DNA from: a virus | Direction: 5' to 3' (one strand) | IMG/VR virus record: IMGVR_UViG_3300034684_000299 | Location: 32,001 to 96,000 of that record | DNA: 64,000 nucleotides | In this document: piece by piece, positions 40,271 to 48,997 of the stretch | Layout of the letters: each line of letters starts with the position of its first letter | Numbering within the stretch: position 1 is the stretch's first letter | The notes under the pieces: generated by a model | Told to the model about the DNA's origin: nothing | The model's database searches: none | What the model saw: the letters and a program-made list of their open reading frames with translations, nothing else | Position numbers and translations under genes: made by a program

Positions 40271-40930
40271 TTAATATCCCCACCAATAGTCCCAATTTGT
40301 CAATGTTTCTGCTTCGTAAGAACCCCAAGCAGCATCCCAATTAGCTTGCCTTTTATATTCACCTAAATAGAATTGATATTTCGAATGAAACACATTGAAC
40401 CATTTCTCAAAATATGGAGATTTATCCAAATCGATAGTTACTTCTCCGCCTTGCCATGGTACATTGTTTCTACCCGCTACGTCGGATAATCTTCTGTATG
40501 CATGTGATAATGTGCCATAGATAATTATGGGGTCTATCTTACCGTATGCTTCTGGAATAGTTAGTTTTGCAGTTAATGGTGGAGTCATATTGAATTCTTG
40601 AAGTGTCAATTGAATTAATTCTATATATTGTCTATCACTGTAAAATGCTTTATTCATAAGTTTATTTACTTCAGGGTAATCGCCAATCAACGCCCTTATT
40701 GAGGATATCCAACTTTTATATATATTTATAAGTGAATCGTTTACTAAACTTTTAAAAATAATTTGTAAATAATTTTTTTGGGGTGTACCATCTATTAATT
40801 TGGTTAAATTACTAAAATTAATTTCATTAACAAAAAAATTGGCATGTATTAGATTTTCAAAAGAAATACTTTTTGCCATGTATACTTCATTATTAACTTC
40901 TATTTCAAAACTATTAATAGTAATTGGCAT
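40271..40930 (-). CDS. Head-tail adaptor (putative)
   Basis: Position; IRALIGD, FYSDRQY, EFNMTPP. Confidence 0.45.
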   Translation of the reverse strand: MPITINSFEIEVNNEVYMAKSISFENLIHANFFVNEINFSNLTKLIDGTPQKNYLQIIFKSLVNDSLINIYKSWISSIRALIGDYPEVNKLMNKAFYSDRQYIELIQLTLQEFNMTPPLTAKLTIPEAYGKIDPIIIYGTLSHAYRRLSDVAGRNNVPWQGGEVTIDLDKSPYFEKWFNVFHSKYQFYLGEYKRQANWDAAWGSYEAETLTNWDYWWGY

Positions 40931-40964
40931 AATTACGTCTCCTTATTGAGTTTACTAGGAGATA

Positions 40965-41393
40965 CTATTTATCTTGAGTTTTACCAAAAAAAGCATCTAA
41001 CTTTTCAATTATTTCTTTCTTAGTATCGCTTGAATTAATATCCACTCCATGTTTTTCAGCTAATGCAACTAAATCTGCTTTAGTCATATTATCTGAATAT
41101 TCAACCTGTTCAGATGGAGCTTTTTCTAAATTTTCTTCTCTTTCCTTTACCACTTCTGCTGGTTCCTCAATTGGTACAGGTGATTTTTCAGGAGCTACGA
41201 CGTCCTTAACTTCTTTCACTTCTTGATATTTGATATATCCTAAATTTTGTAATACTCTTAAATCATATAATGCTCTTTCTTCATTATCTTCTTCAACTAC
41301 ATAATCCACTTCTTTGCCAGCCGGAATAGCTTGAAATCTATACAATATTCTCACTGGAAATTTAGATACATTTTTTACTTTGAATGTTTTCAT
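40965..41393 (-). CDS. Protein with C-terminal HeH/LEM (Rho-N-like) domain
   Basis: MTKADLVALAEKHGVDINSSDTKKEIIEKL; hairpin-split RBS. Confidence 0.6.
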   Translation of the reverse strand: MKTFKVKNVSKFPVRILYRFQAIPAGKEVDYVVEEDNEERALYDLRVLQNLGYIKYQEVKEVKDVVAPEKSPVPIEEPAEVVKEREENLEKAPSEQVEYSDNMTKADLVALAEKHGVDINSSDTKKEIIEKLDAFFGKTQDK

Positions 41394-41447
41394 GTTATTT
41401 TGATGCCATAATTAAAATAGCATCATTCCCTCCTTTCTTGTAATATG

Positions 41448-41798
41448 TTACATTCCACCTTTCAAAGCTTCTAATTTTTCTATAGTTATTTTTTTGTTAT
41501 CGATTTTGGGATTACCCGTTTTTTTCAAACTTTCTATATATTTTAAATTTTCTTCCTTTTTGGCTTTTAAATACTCTTCACCCTTCTTATAAAATTCCTT
41601 AAATTCCTTTTCAAATTTTTCTTTTTCAGCTTCTTCAAAACTAACCGGTTTTAAATATCCTAATTTTGTTAACTCTTCTAATTGTTCTAAAAGATCAGAA
41701 TCAGCTGTTAACAAATCTACATGTATATTACTATCAGGTTCATACAATTTTTTACCCCAAATTCTCACATGACCATTCTGTGTTTTAAATTTCGCCAT
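41448..41798 (-). CDS. Hypothetical protein
   Basis: ORF track; SD AAGGAGGT. Confidence 0.6.
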   Translation of the reverse strand: MAKFKTQNGHVRIWGKKLYEPDSNIHVDLLTADSDLLEQLEELTKLGYLKPVSFEEAEKEKFEKEFKEFYKKGEEYLKAKKEENLKYIESLKKTGNPKIDNKKITIEKLEALKGGM

Positions 41799-41827
41799 TT
41801 TTTCCAGTACCTCCTTAACTTTTTTTG

Positions 41828-41880
41828 AAAAATGAAAGGGGATAGCCCTTTTTGTTTTTTTACAAATATTTCTATCCCCC
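41828..41880 (-). terminator. Long hairpin/terminator downstream of the major capsid gene
   Basis: ggggatag/ctatcccc inverted repeat (41838-41879) with inner tttgt/acaaa, followed by TTTCATTTTT. Confidence 0.5.
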
Positions 41881-41897
41881 TATTACCCATCAAAAAA

Positions 41898-42848
41898 TTA
41901 ATTTAATTCTAATTTTGCAACTGCTTTAGGATTGATTATGCTCATTCCAAGATTAGTCCATACTTGGAAAGAAGCTATGTTCTTTTCTACTTCGTGCCAA
42001 AATACCAATTCTTCCTCAAGATAATACATCTTACCTAAATAATCCTCTCCAGCAAATCCAAATACTTCATTTGTCGCTACTACATCTTTCTTATTTGTGG
42101 TAACAAACGGTCTGTTCATCAAAGTGTTGTATTCATAACCTTTAACAAAAGTTTCTTTAAACAATTCATCACCAAGTTCGGAAGCTGGTAAAGTTATTAA
42201 ATCATTGTACAATTTAACTGGGAATAACATCATTTCAGTTTTCAAAGGTTTGTCAGCAGTATCTATAAAATTGATCATATCCATCACAGCTTTTTTGAAT
42301 GAAAATCCAGTAGCAGCAAAAGTAGCTGTAGTTTGAAGCCCAGTTTTAGCAACAGCAGCTCTCACCATATCTATAAATTTTTTCTCAATAGCCTTTTCAA
42401 AGTTATAAGTCAATCTACTTTTTATAACTTCTGTGAATGGATATTTATAAGTCCATAATTCTTCCTTTACAAATTCGATCTCAGGAGAAGTAATTTTGTA
42501 GAAATATACAGGTGCCTTATCACCTTGTACCCTTTGTGTTTCAGCTTCCGCTAGGAAATCACCAAATACTACTTCGGTAGATAACTCTGGTTCAATTTCA
42601 ATATACAACATTAAACTTCTGCCAGCTGGATCTTGATCTAAATCTGCTGGTGAAATAGTTTTAGGTGTAATTATTTGAGGCAAAAACATTGCTTCTCTAA
42701 CTTCCGTTTTTATTAAATCATCGATAGTTTTTCCAATTTCTTCAGATTCTGCTGTTTTATTAAATAGAGCATCAGATATTAATTGATTAAATGCGTGAGC
42801 TCCCCCCACAGCTTTCAAAAGTTCCTCAACTTTCAAATTATTTTTCAT
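41898..42848 (-). CDS. Major capsid protein (HK97-like fold; start moved from 42857)
   Basis: About 316 aa after protease/scaffold/decoration genes; SD GGAGGTG; N-terminal FNKTAE candidate propeptide site. Confidence 0.7.
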   Translation of the reverse strand: MKNNLKVEELLKAVGGAHAFNQLISDALFNKTAESEEIGKTIDDLIKTEVREAMFLPQIITPKTISPADLDQDPAGRSLMLYIEIEPELSTEVVFGDFLAEAETQRVQGDKAPVYFYKITSPEIEFVKEELWTYKYPFTEVIKSRLTYNFEKAIEKKFIDMVRAAVAKTGLQTTATFAATGFSFKKAVMDMINFIDTADKPLKTEMMLFPVKLYNDLITLPASELGDELFKETFVKGYEYNTLMNRPFVTTNKKDVVATNEVFGFAGEDYLGKMYYLEEELVFWHEVEKNIASFQVWTNLGMSIINPKAVAKLELN

Positions 42849-42874
42849 GAAGTACACCTCCCATTATTTTTTGA

Positions 42875-43372
42875 TTATAAAGTTTTGATTTTTAGTGCTA
42901 TAACGCTTCCGCCCTCTTCAACAACATCTTCAACAAGGGCAATAGGTTTTACACTTGGATTTGGAGTTGCTGCTCCCTCATTAGGATCTTTGTTGGTTAA
43001 TACAGTAGTATTGCCAACTTTCTTTGCATACAATGATTGTCCAGCAGCATATGCTACACCAGAATTTTCAAAAAAATCAACTATAACTCTTGTTTGGCCA
43101 AAAAATGCTGTTAATCCATTAGATTCTAAAACATCGTTAGCTACACCTGACCCATATACTTGCATATCCCTATTTATATCGGAAATAACCCAATAAACCA
43201 CAGGATATCCATCGAATGGGATTTGCTTATATTCATCACCCAATATAGCTACAGGAGTACCAATAGCGAACATTTCTCTTTTAACAGCTTCATCAGTTAT
43301 AGCTGAATCCATTTGTTTTGTCAGTCTTTGAACATCTTTCAGACTGTGCAAAAGTTCAAATCTTCTTGCCAT
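42875..43372 (-). CDS. Capsid decoration/cement protein (putative)
   Basis: Beta-rich 165 aa immediately before the major capsid gene (GLTAFFG, YAAGQSL). Confidence 0.5.
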   Translation of the reverse strand: MARRFELLHSLKDVQRLTKQMDSAITDEAVKREMFAIGTPVAILGDEYKQIPFDGYPVVYWVISDINRDMQVYGSGVANDVLESNGLTAFFGQTRVIVDFFENSGVAYAAGQSLYAKKVGNTTVLTNKDPNEGAATPNPSVKPIALVEDVVEEGGSVIALKIKTL

Positions 43373-43398
43373 TAAATTTCACCTCACCTTATTTTCTA

Positions 43399-44196
43399 TT
43401 AATTTATTGTTCTATATTCCAATAATTTATTCACCAATTCCACATATATATCTTCGGAAGTTCTTTGCCCATTTTCAGAAGTAGCTACTTTTCTATACGG
43501 TTCCGCTACATTCAATTCTTCATTCAAAATTTTAGAATTCCAATACTCTGATTCTTTTTCCAATTCTTCATCATTTTTTGCCTTCAAATCTTCTACTTCT
43601 TTGATAATATCTTTAACCTCATAACCTTCAAAATTCGCTTTTTTCTCTAAAATATCCGTTATTATTCTTTCACGTTCTTCTTCTGAATACATAGCCTTCT
43701 TTTGGATATTTTTTTCTTGTTTCTTACTTGAAATTTCAGATTTATTACTATTGTCTTGCTTTATGGATTCTACAGGTTGAGCAAAACTTTGTTCTATATC
43801 TCCAAGTAAAGATTGTAAATATGCATCAAATTCATCTACTGGTTGTGTAGTTGAAGCTGCAGCTACTTTAAATTCTCCTTGTGGCGCATAATTTTGATTT
43901 AACGGTACATTCTGTCCTGATAAAACAATATCTTGATAACGATTTTCTCTTGCTTGTTGATCCATAAGTTCCAACTGCATCTTAGCTAATTCTTCTTGAT
44001 TTTTTTGAAGTTCCTTTTGCCTCTTTAAATTGTTTAATGCCGTATATGCTAGTATTCCAGTAGAAACTGCTCCAGCTGCTCCTGAAGCTACCTGTGCAGC
44101 TCTAACTGCAGCATTTGTTACCTCTTTTACTTTAGTTTTTGCAGCTGTTTTTATTAAGTTATCTTTTATTAATATATATCCTACAGTCCCGTTCAT
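43399..44196 (-). CDS. Scaffold-like head protein with a hydrophobic N-terminal segment
   Basis: Coiled/acidic composition, five K-x-A motifs, AAQVASGAAGAVSTGILAY. Confidence 0.45.
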   Translation of the reverse strand: MNGTVGYILIKDNLIKTAAKTKVKEVTNAAVRAAQVASGAAGAVSTGILAYTALNNLKRQKELQKNQEELAKMQLELMDQQARENRYQDIVLSGQNVPLNQNYAPQGEFKVAAASTTQPVDEFDAYLQSLLGDIEQSFAQPVESIKQDNSNKSEISSKKQEKNIQKKAMYSEEERERIITDILEKKANFEGYEVKDIIKEVEDLKAKNDEELEKESEYWNSKILNEELNVAEPYRKVATSENGQRTSEDIYVELVNKLLEYRTIN

Positions 44197-44204
44197 TCAT
44201 TCGG

Positions 44205-44244
44205 CGCAGGAAACCCCATCCTTTAAAGGGTGGAGAGGATGCAC
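44205..44244 (+). mobile_element. IS200/IS605-type end-like palindrome (solitary remnant)
   Basis: CAGGAAACCCCATCCTTTAAAGGGTGGAGAGGATGCAC resembles the AGGAA-hairpin(CTTTA loop)-AGGATG(T)CAC right ends of IS605/IS1341 elements. Confidence 0.4.
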
Positions 44245-44284
44245 CTTCCCTCCTTTCCTGTTAAAATTGCAAAAATGACGCAAA

Positions 44285-44848
44285 TTACATCCCAGGAGCT
44301 GATGGAACATCACTCATCATTCTAGCTGGAACACTAGCTTGTTCAATTGTAGGTGTTGCTGTATTTGCATTCATTTGAGCACTGTTTAAAACAGCTTTAC
44401 CTTCTTCAAATTTTGTTGCTAATTCTGGATCGTTTTGAACAATAGGTTCTAATCCATTTTGAATAACGTATGCAGCAAATTCGCCGGGCAATAATTCATC
44501 TGATAATGTTTTTAATTCTTGGACTAGTTGAGCTCCTGTATCAATTTCTATTGTAGGCACTTGTGTAGGAGTTCCCGCATTAGGATCTACATTTTCTGTT
44601 GATATAGGTTGAGCATTGCTTGGCGTTGCTGATGGAATAGCCGCATCTGCTACTACTTGATCGGTTAATTCTTGAGCGGCCTTAACCATGCCTATTCTTT
44701 GCCCCATACCAAAAATTAAACCTTGTCTGAACATCTCTGCATCTTCAGCCGTTTTAACCAATCCGTTAGTTAATACTGAAGCTTCCTTAATAAACTCATT
44801 AGTCTCTGCTATTTTTTCAAGTTCTTCTACGTTCCATTTTCTTTCCAT
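44285..44848 (-). CDS. Head-associated protein with N-terminal K-x-A cluster
   Basis: LEKIAE, FIKEAS, LVKTAE, MVKAAQ in the first 60 aa. Confidence 0.5.
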   Translation of the reverse strand: MERKWNVEELEKIAETNEFIKEASVLTNGLVKTAEDAEMFRQGLIFGMGQRIGMVKAAQELTDQVVADAAIPSATPSNAQPISTENVDPNAGTPTQVPTIEIDTGAQLVQELKTLSDELLPGEFAAYVIQNGLEPIVQNDPELATKFEEGKAVLNSAQMNANTATPTIEQASVPARMMSDVPSAPGM

Positions 44849-46275
44849 TACATTTTGCCTCCTTTATTTTTTAAATATTTAACAACATAATCTCCATAAA
44901 TATTAATATTTTGATCAGACGCTGCCTTGTATATCATTTTATAATGTTGCTCATTTGGTGCCGCCGCATAATACGGCTGATTTTCTACACTCGATAAAAA
45001 TCTTTGTAATGCTTCTCTATTTGCTTGATCTGGTTCTTTGATTAAGTATCCAGCAAGCAACTGTTCCAAATCTTCTAAGTTTGTACTTCCTTGAACAAAC
45101 ATTTCTTGAAAAATTTCTCTTGTAACCTCACTTAACATATTTAATATTTGATCCGTATTTGTATACACCATCTTTGCAGCTACTTTAAGATATCCTTGAT
45201 ATCCTGGATCATCAAAATCAAATTGATTTGGATTATAATAATTACCTTCTTTATGCATTGGTATAAAAGGCGGGATAAAACTTCTCCTCTTAATCAATGA
45301 TAACATACCGTCTACTACATCAGGGTTAAACTGTCCGTTATCAATAAAATATTCGTAAGCTTTAGGATTATCTGTTATCATATACATTCCAGGACCTAAC
45401 AGCTGTCGTACTTCTATAGGTTTCAATGGAACTTTTAACATTATCAATGTTTTAATTACATCTTGAGCTGGATATTTTTCTAATATTTTATATTCTTCAT
45501 CTCTTATTGGTTCATCTTCTAAAAATTTGATATCTAAAAGTTCTTGAATCTTTTCTTCAGGTATTTCACCAATTGTTTTTCCTGGTATTTCTTTATCTAT
45601 ACTAGCTTGTTTCATATCAGAGGCAACCTTTGCAAAAACCTTAGCAGTCACATCGGCTCCTCGAGTTACCCAAGAGATATCAAAAAAATTGGGTTGTATA
45701 TTTATTGCATATACCTTTCTACCGTCTGGTAAAATCTCGTTCATATGGTATTTTAAATGATTACAATATTCACTTCTTTTTGTAGCCATATTGCCACAAA
45801 TAGAACAGACATCAAAAGGTACAGTACAACCCATAGATACATCTATTGTATTTCCTTCCTCTAGAAGTTTCATCATTTCTTGCCCTCTGTCATTCATCTC
45901 CACAGCTACAATTAATTCTACTCTATCCATTTCTTCGTTCCAGAATGCTTTTTTAATCCTTCCAAAAGCATCTTTAGGGTCTTTATTTTTATGATGCTCA
46001 AAAAGATAACCATTCTCAAATGTTTGATAATGCTTTATCAATTCTTCCCTTGGAAAATAATCCCCGTTTTTATTCGCACCCCATGTTTCACCAGCAGAAA
46101 CAGCAATTACAGCGATGTATCTATATTTATCGTCAAGTTGTATGGAATTTTTATACTCCAACAATCTAGGCGTCAATATATTCAACGCTGCTTTCTTTTC
46201 CAAAGGTTTATCTTCTTCTAATATAAAAACATTATCATCCAAAGTGAATTGAAATCCTTCTATTCTTTTATACAT
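44848..46275 (-). CDS. Prohead (maturation) protease
   Basis: WGANKNGDYFP, catalytic-type His (EHHKNKD), VSMG Ser motif, CSIC..C.HL zinc insert, FFDISWV..GAD. Confidence 0.75.
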   Translation of the reverse strand: MYKRIEGFQFTLDDNVFILEEDKPLEKKAALNILTPRLLEYKNSIQLDDKYRYIAVIAVSAGETWGANKNGDYFPREELIKHYQTFENGYLFEHHKNKDPKDAFGRIKKAFWNEEMDRVELIVAVEMNDRGQEMMKLLEEGNTIDVSMGCTVPFDVCSICGNMATKRSEYCNHLKYHMNEILPDGRKVYAINIQPNFFDISWVTRGADVTAKVFAKVASDMKQASIDKEIPGKTIGEIPEEKIQELLDIKFLEDEPIRDEEYKILEKYPAQDVIKTLIMLKVPLKPIEVRQLLGPGMYMITDNPKAYEYFIDNGQFNPDVVDGMLSLIKRRSFIPPFIPMHKEGNYYNPNQFDFDDPGYQGYLKVAAKMVYTNTDQILNMLSEVTREIFQEMFVQGSTNLEDLEQLLAGYLIKEPDQANREALQRFLSSVENQPYYAAAPNEQHYKMIYKAASDQNINIYGDYVVKYLKNKGGKM

Positions 46276-46279
46276 CTCG

Positions 46280-46675
46280 TCACAAACCTTTAGCCATTAA
46301 GTTAGAATACTGCATCAACATTAGCGGATCAATTCCACCATAATTAAATGCTTTTTTAATTATCTCTTCTACCGCATATGGAGACATGTACAAATTTGGT
46401 ACAAGTTGTGCAACTGTCAACAAATATTTTCTTAATTCTTTTTTATCCCATTGAGGATATTTTTGACTCAACAATCTCTCCATCTTTAATATATCGTCAG
46501 TTGTAACTTTGATTCTAGGAGAAGCTCGACCTTTAAGATTAAGTGTACCAGTTAATCCAGTTGCAAATCTATCGGCTCCTTCATATATTTGTTCTACAAA
46601 AGAAACATATGGGAACCCGCTAGAATCAACTTGCTCAGGAGGTGAAGGCGTATTTTGATTTGTATTTTCAGGCAT
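46280..46675 (-). CDS. Hypothetical virion-module protein
   Basis: ORF track; hairpin-split RBS. Confidence 0.55.
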   Translation of the reverse strand: MPENTNQNTPSPPEQVDSSGFPYVSFVEQIYEGADRFATGLTGTLNLKGRASPRIKVTTDDILKMERLLSQKYPQWDKKELRKYLLTVAQLVPNLYMSPYAVEEIIKKAFNYGGIDPLMLMQYSNLMAKGL

Positions 46676-46732
46676 TTTTTTTAATAGATCTCAAAGGATT
46701 CAAGACCTATTGTTCTACCCTCCTTAATTGTA

Positions 46733-47233
46733 CTAGTATTTTATGTTCTTTCCAACAACGAGCATATCGTAGGCAGCTTCTTTAATTAACTCTTCTGGTG
46801 TTCCAAAAAGTTCAATATGAGCATGCAACCTACCTCTTTCACCTGTATATCCTTCTCTTTCCATATGTTCAGCAGCTGTTTTCTCCATTATGTCTATTGC
46901 ATTTGCTACTTCTTGTAATTCATAATCTTTCAAATTTTTTGCCAAATATTCAGCAACTTTAGTCAAATAACCAGTTTCCTCGTACATCTTTTTTGCATAT
47001 TCAGCATCTTTTTCCATCATATCTTGTAAATCTTCTGTGGTGTTTCTATAAGTTTTCAACATATCCAAAGCTGTTAAAACATTTACATATGCTATCTTGA
47101 GTAGATCTCTATCTGTGTATTTGTTCTTTTGTATCTCCTCATTTAAAGCTGCCGTCTTTTCTAAATGCTTATCCTCCACACCAAAATATCTTGGCATCTC
47201 TTCTGCTACCTTCAATAATCCATCTCTTACCAT
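46733..47233 (-). CDS. Head protein with seven K-x-A motifs in 166 aa
   Basis: LLKVAE, LEKTAA, LLKIAY, MEKDAE, LTKVAE, MEKTAA, LIKEAA. Confidence 0.5.
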   Translation of the reverse strand: MVRDGLLKVAEEMPRYFGVEDKHLEKTAALNEEIQKNKYTDRDLLKIAYVNVLTALDMLKTYRNTTEDLQDMMEKDAEYAKKMYEETGYLTKVAEYLAKNLKDYELQEVANAIDIMEKTAAEHMEREGYTGERGRLHAHIELFGTPEELIKEAAYDMLVVGKNIKY

Positions 47234-47248
47234 TTTCTTATAACCTCC

Positions 47249-48919
47249 TTATAATTCTTCTTTTTCGTAATAGTCTGGAATAAATGTTTCCGTTGATGCT
47301 CCTAATATACCTCCGATGATACTTGAAGTCGTTTTACCTTTACCAACTTTTTTCTTAACATCTTGATAAATATCTTCTTCTGTTATTTTACCACTGTTTA
47401 ATTTGTTTATAGTTCTATTACTTAACCCTGTAGTTCGTAACTCTTTTTGATATTTATTCAGTTTCGCTTGTGCCCCACCTGCAGCAATCAAGCCACCTCC
47501 TAACGCTCCTAAAGTTACATTCCTTGCTCTTGCACCTAGATACTGTTTTCTAACTTCTTTCAATCGCTGTTCTTGTTGCTCTTTAGTTATTTTCCCTTCT
47601 TCGTACATCTCGTTTATATTTCTAACTCTGTCTTTGTATGCCCTGTTTTCTTTACCGCCAGTAACAGCTGTCGAAGTCAAAGCACCAGCGGTTGCACCTT
47701 GTATTCCTACTTGCAACGGTATCTTCTTTGATTTAGCCATAAATTGATCTATAGAAAATTCTACAATTTTTTCGCCTGCTGTTGCAGCTATCTTTTCAAA
47801 GTATTTTTCATCCATTAATCCTTTGTCAACTGCGGTTTTTAACAACAATAATTTATTTTTAATTTCATCTGTAATAGATGCTACCTTCTCATAATTTTTC
47901 ACAACACTATGTACATTATATAATATGTCTTTTTGATCTTCGGTTATACTTGGCGTCTCCAACAACATCGCTATTTTTTCTTGTTGTTTTCTGACTTTTA
48001 ATTTTAATTCTGCATTTCTTATATCATTTTCTAACTTATCAGCATAATAATTAACATTTGCTATTTTAGTTAATGTTTCATATAAATTCTCTGACCCTAT
48101 ATTTTCTACTTCTTCTTCTAATGCTTTTTCATAAGCCAATTTTTTAAATCCTTCTGAAACGTTTATTCCTTCAATTATATATTTTAAATTTTCTTCGGAT
48201 ACTTCTTTTAAACTGGCCTCTTTTCTTATAAATGTTTTTTTAACTTTATCAATAAGTCTTCTAACTAAACTCTTCGCTTTCTTTTTATCTTCATATTTAA
48301 TATTTTCTTTTTCTATTTCATTCAATAAAATTTTTTCCAATTGTTCAGGAGGTATTTTCCCCATTATTTTCTTCATATTATTTTCTATTTCCATCAGTTT
48401 CATTCTCTGTTGCATATTGGTTACCCTTATTTCGTCTTCAGCTATCTTTAAAAATTCTACAGCAGAATCTACAGACTTTTTAGAAATAGAATCATAAAAA
48501 TAGTCTTTTGGTTCTTCTTTAGTAATATTCAAAGAAGCTAATTTTGTCTGTACGGGTTCTATCCATTCTTGGGATTTAGACCAATCTATATCATCCAACA
48601 ACCAATCCTCTGGATGTATACTGTTAGAAGAAACTTCGCTTTTAACTTCCTCTATTTCTATATTTTCTTGCATTTTTTTCAACCAATTTAATACATTTTC
48701 TAATCTTATTATTGGAAATTCAACCTTGTTTTGTTCAAACAATTTTAGTTGAATAAGTTGATTAGTTCTTTCTATCAAACGTTTAATTTCATTGTAATTC
48801 AAACCTCTTTCAATAGATATCTCAGCTACTATTAAATCCGGTGATTTGCTAGTATCAGCTAAATATATTTTTGCAACATTTGTAGCCAAAATATCGTTAC
48901 TCAACTTTGTCATATTCAA
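47249..48919 (-). CDS. Putative ejection protein: K-x-A-rich propeptide-like region plus glycine-zipper C-domain
   Basis: About 9 K-x-A motifs ending at FEKIAA, followed by GATAGALT, GALGGGLIAAGG, IIGGILGA. Confidence 0.45.
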   Translation of the reverse strand: MNMTKLSNDILATNVAKIYLADTSKSPDLIVAEISIERGLNYNEIKRLIERTNQLIQLKLFEQNKVEFPIIRLENVLNWLKKMQENIEIEEVKSEVSSNSIHPEDWLLDDIDWSKSQEWIEPVQTKLASLNITKEEPKDYFYDSISKKSVDSAVEFLKIAEDEIRVTNMQQRMKLMEIENNMKKIMGKIPPEQLEKILLNEIEKENIKYEDKKKAKSLVRRLIDKVKKTFIRKEASLKEVSEENLKYIIEGINVSEGFKKLAYEKALEEEVENIGSENLYETLTKIANVNYYADKLENDIRNAELKLKVRKQQEKIAMLLETPSITEDQKDILYNVHSVVKNYEKVASITDEIKNKLLLLKTAVDKGLMDEKYFEKIAATAGEKIVEFSIDQFMAKSKKIPLQVGIQGATAGALTSTAVTGGKENRAYKDRVRNINEMYEEGKITKEQQEQRLKEVRKQYLGARARNVTLGALGGGLIAAGGAQAKLNKYQKELRTTGLSNRTINKLNSGKITEEDIYQDVKKKVGKGKTTSSIIGGILGASTETFIPDYYEKEEL

Positions 48920-48997
48920 TTTTCCCAGCCTCCTCTTTTCAATTATATCATTGTCAAAATTTTCATTGGTTCAATATGAATCCCACTAGTTAACTAT

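Noticed and set aside
44030-44278. Plus-strand 82-aa ORF across the IS-like palindrome
   Set aside because: No RBS, no TnpA/TnpB motifs; antisense to a structural gene.
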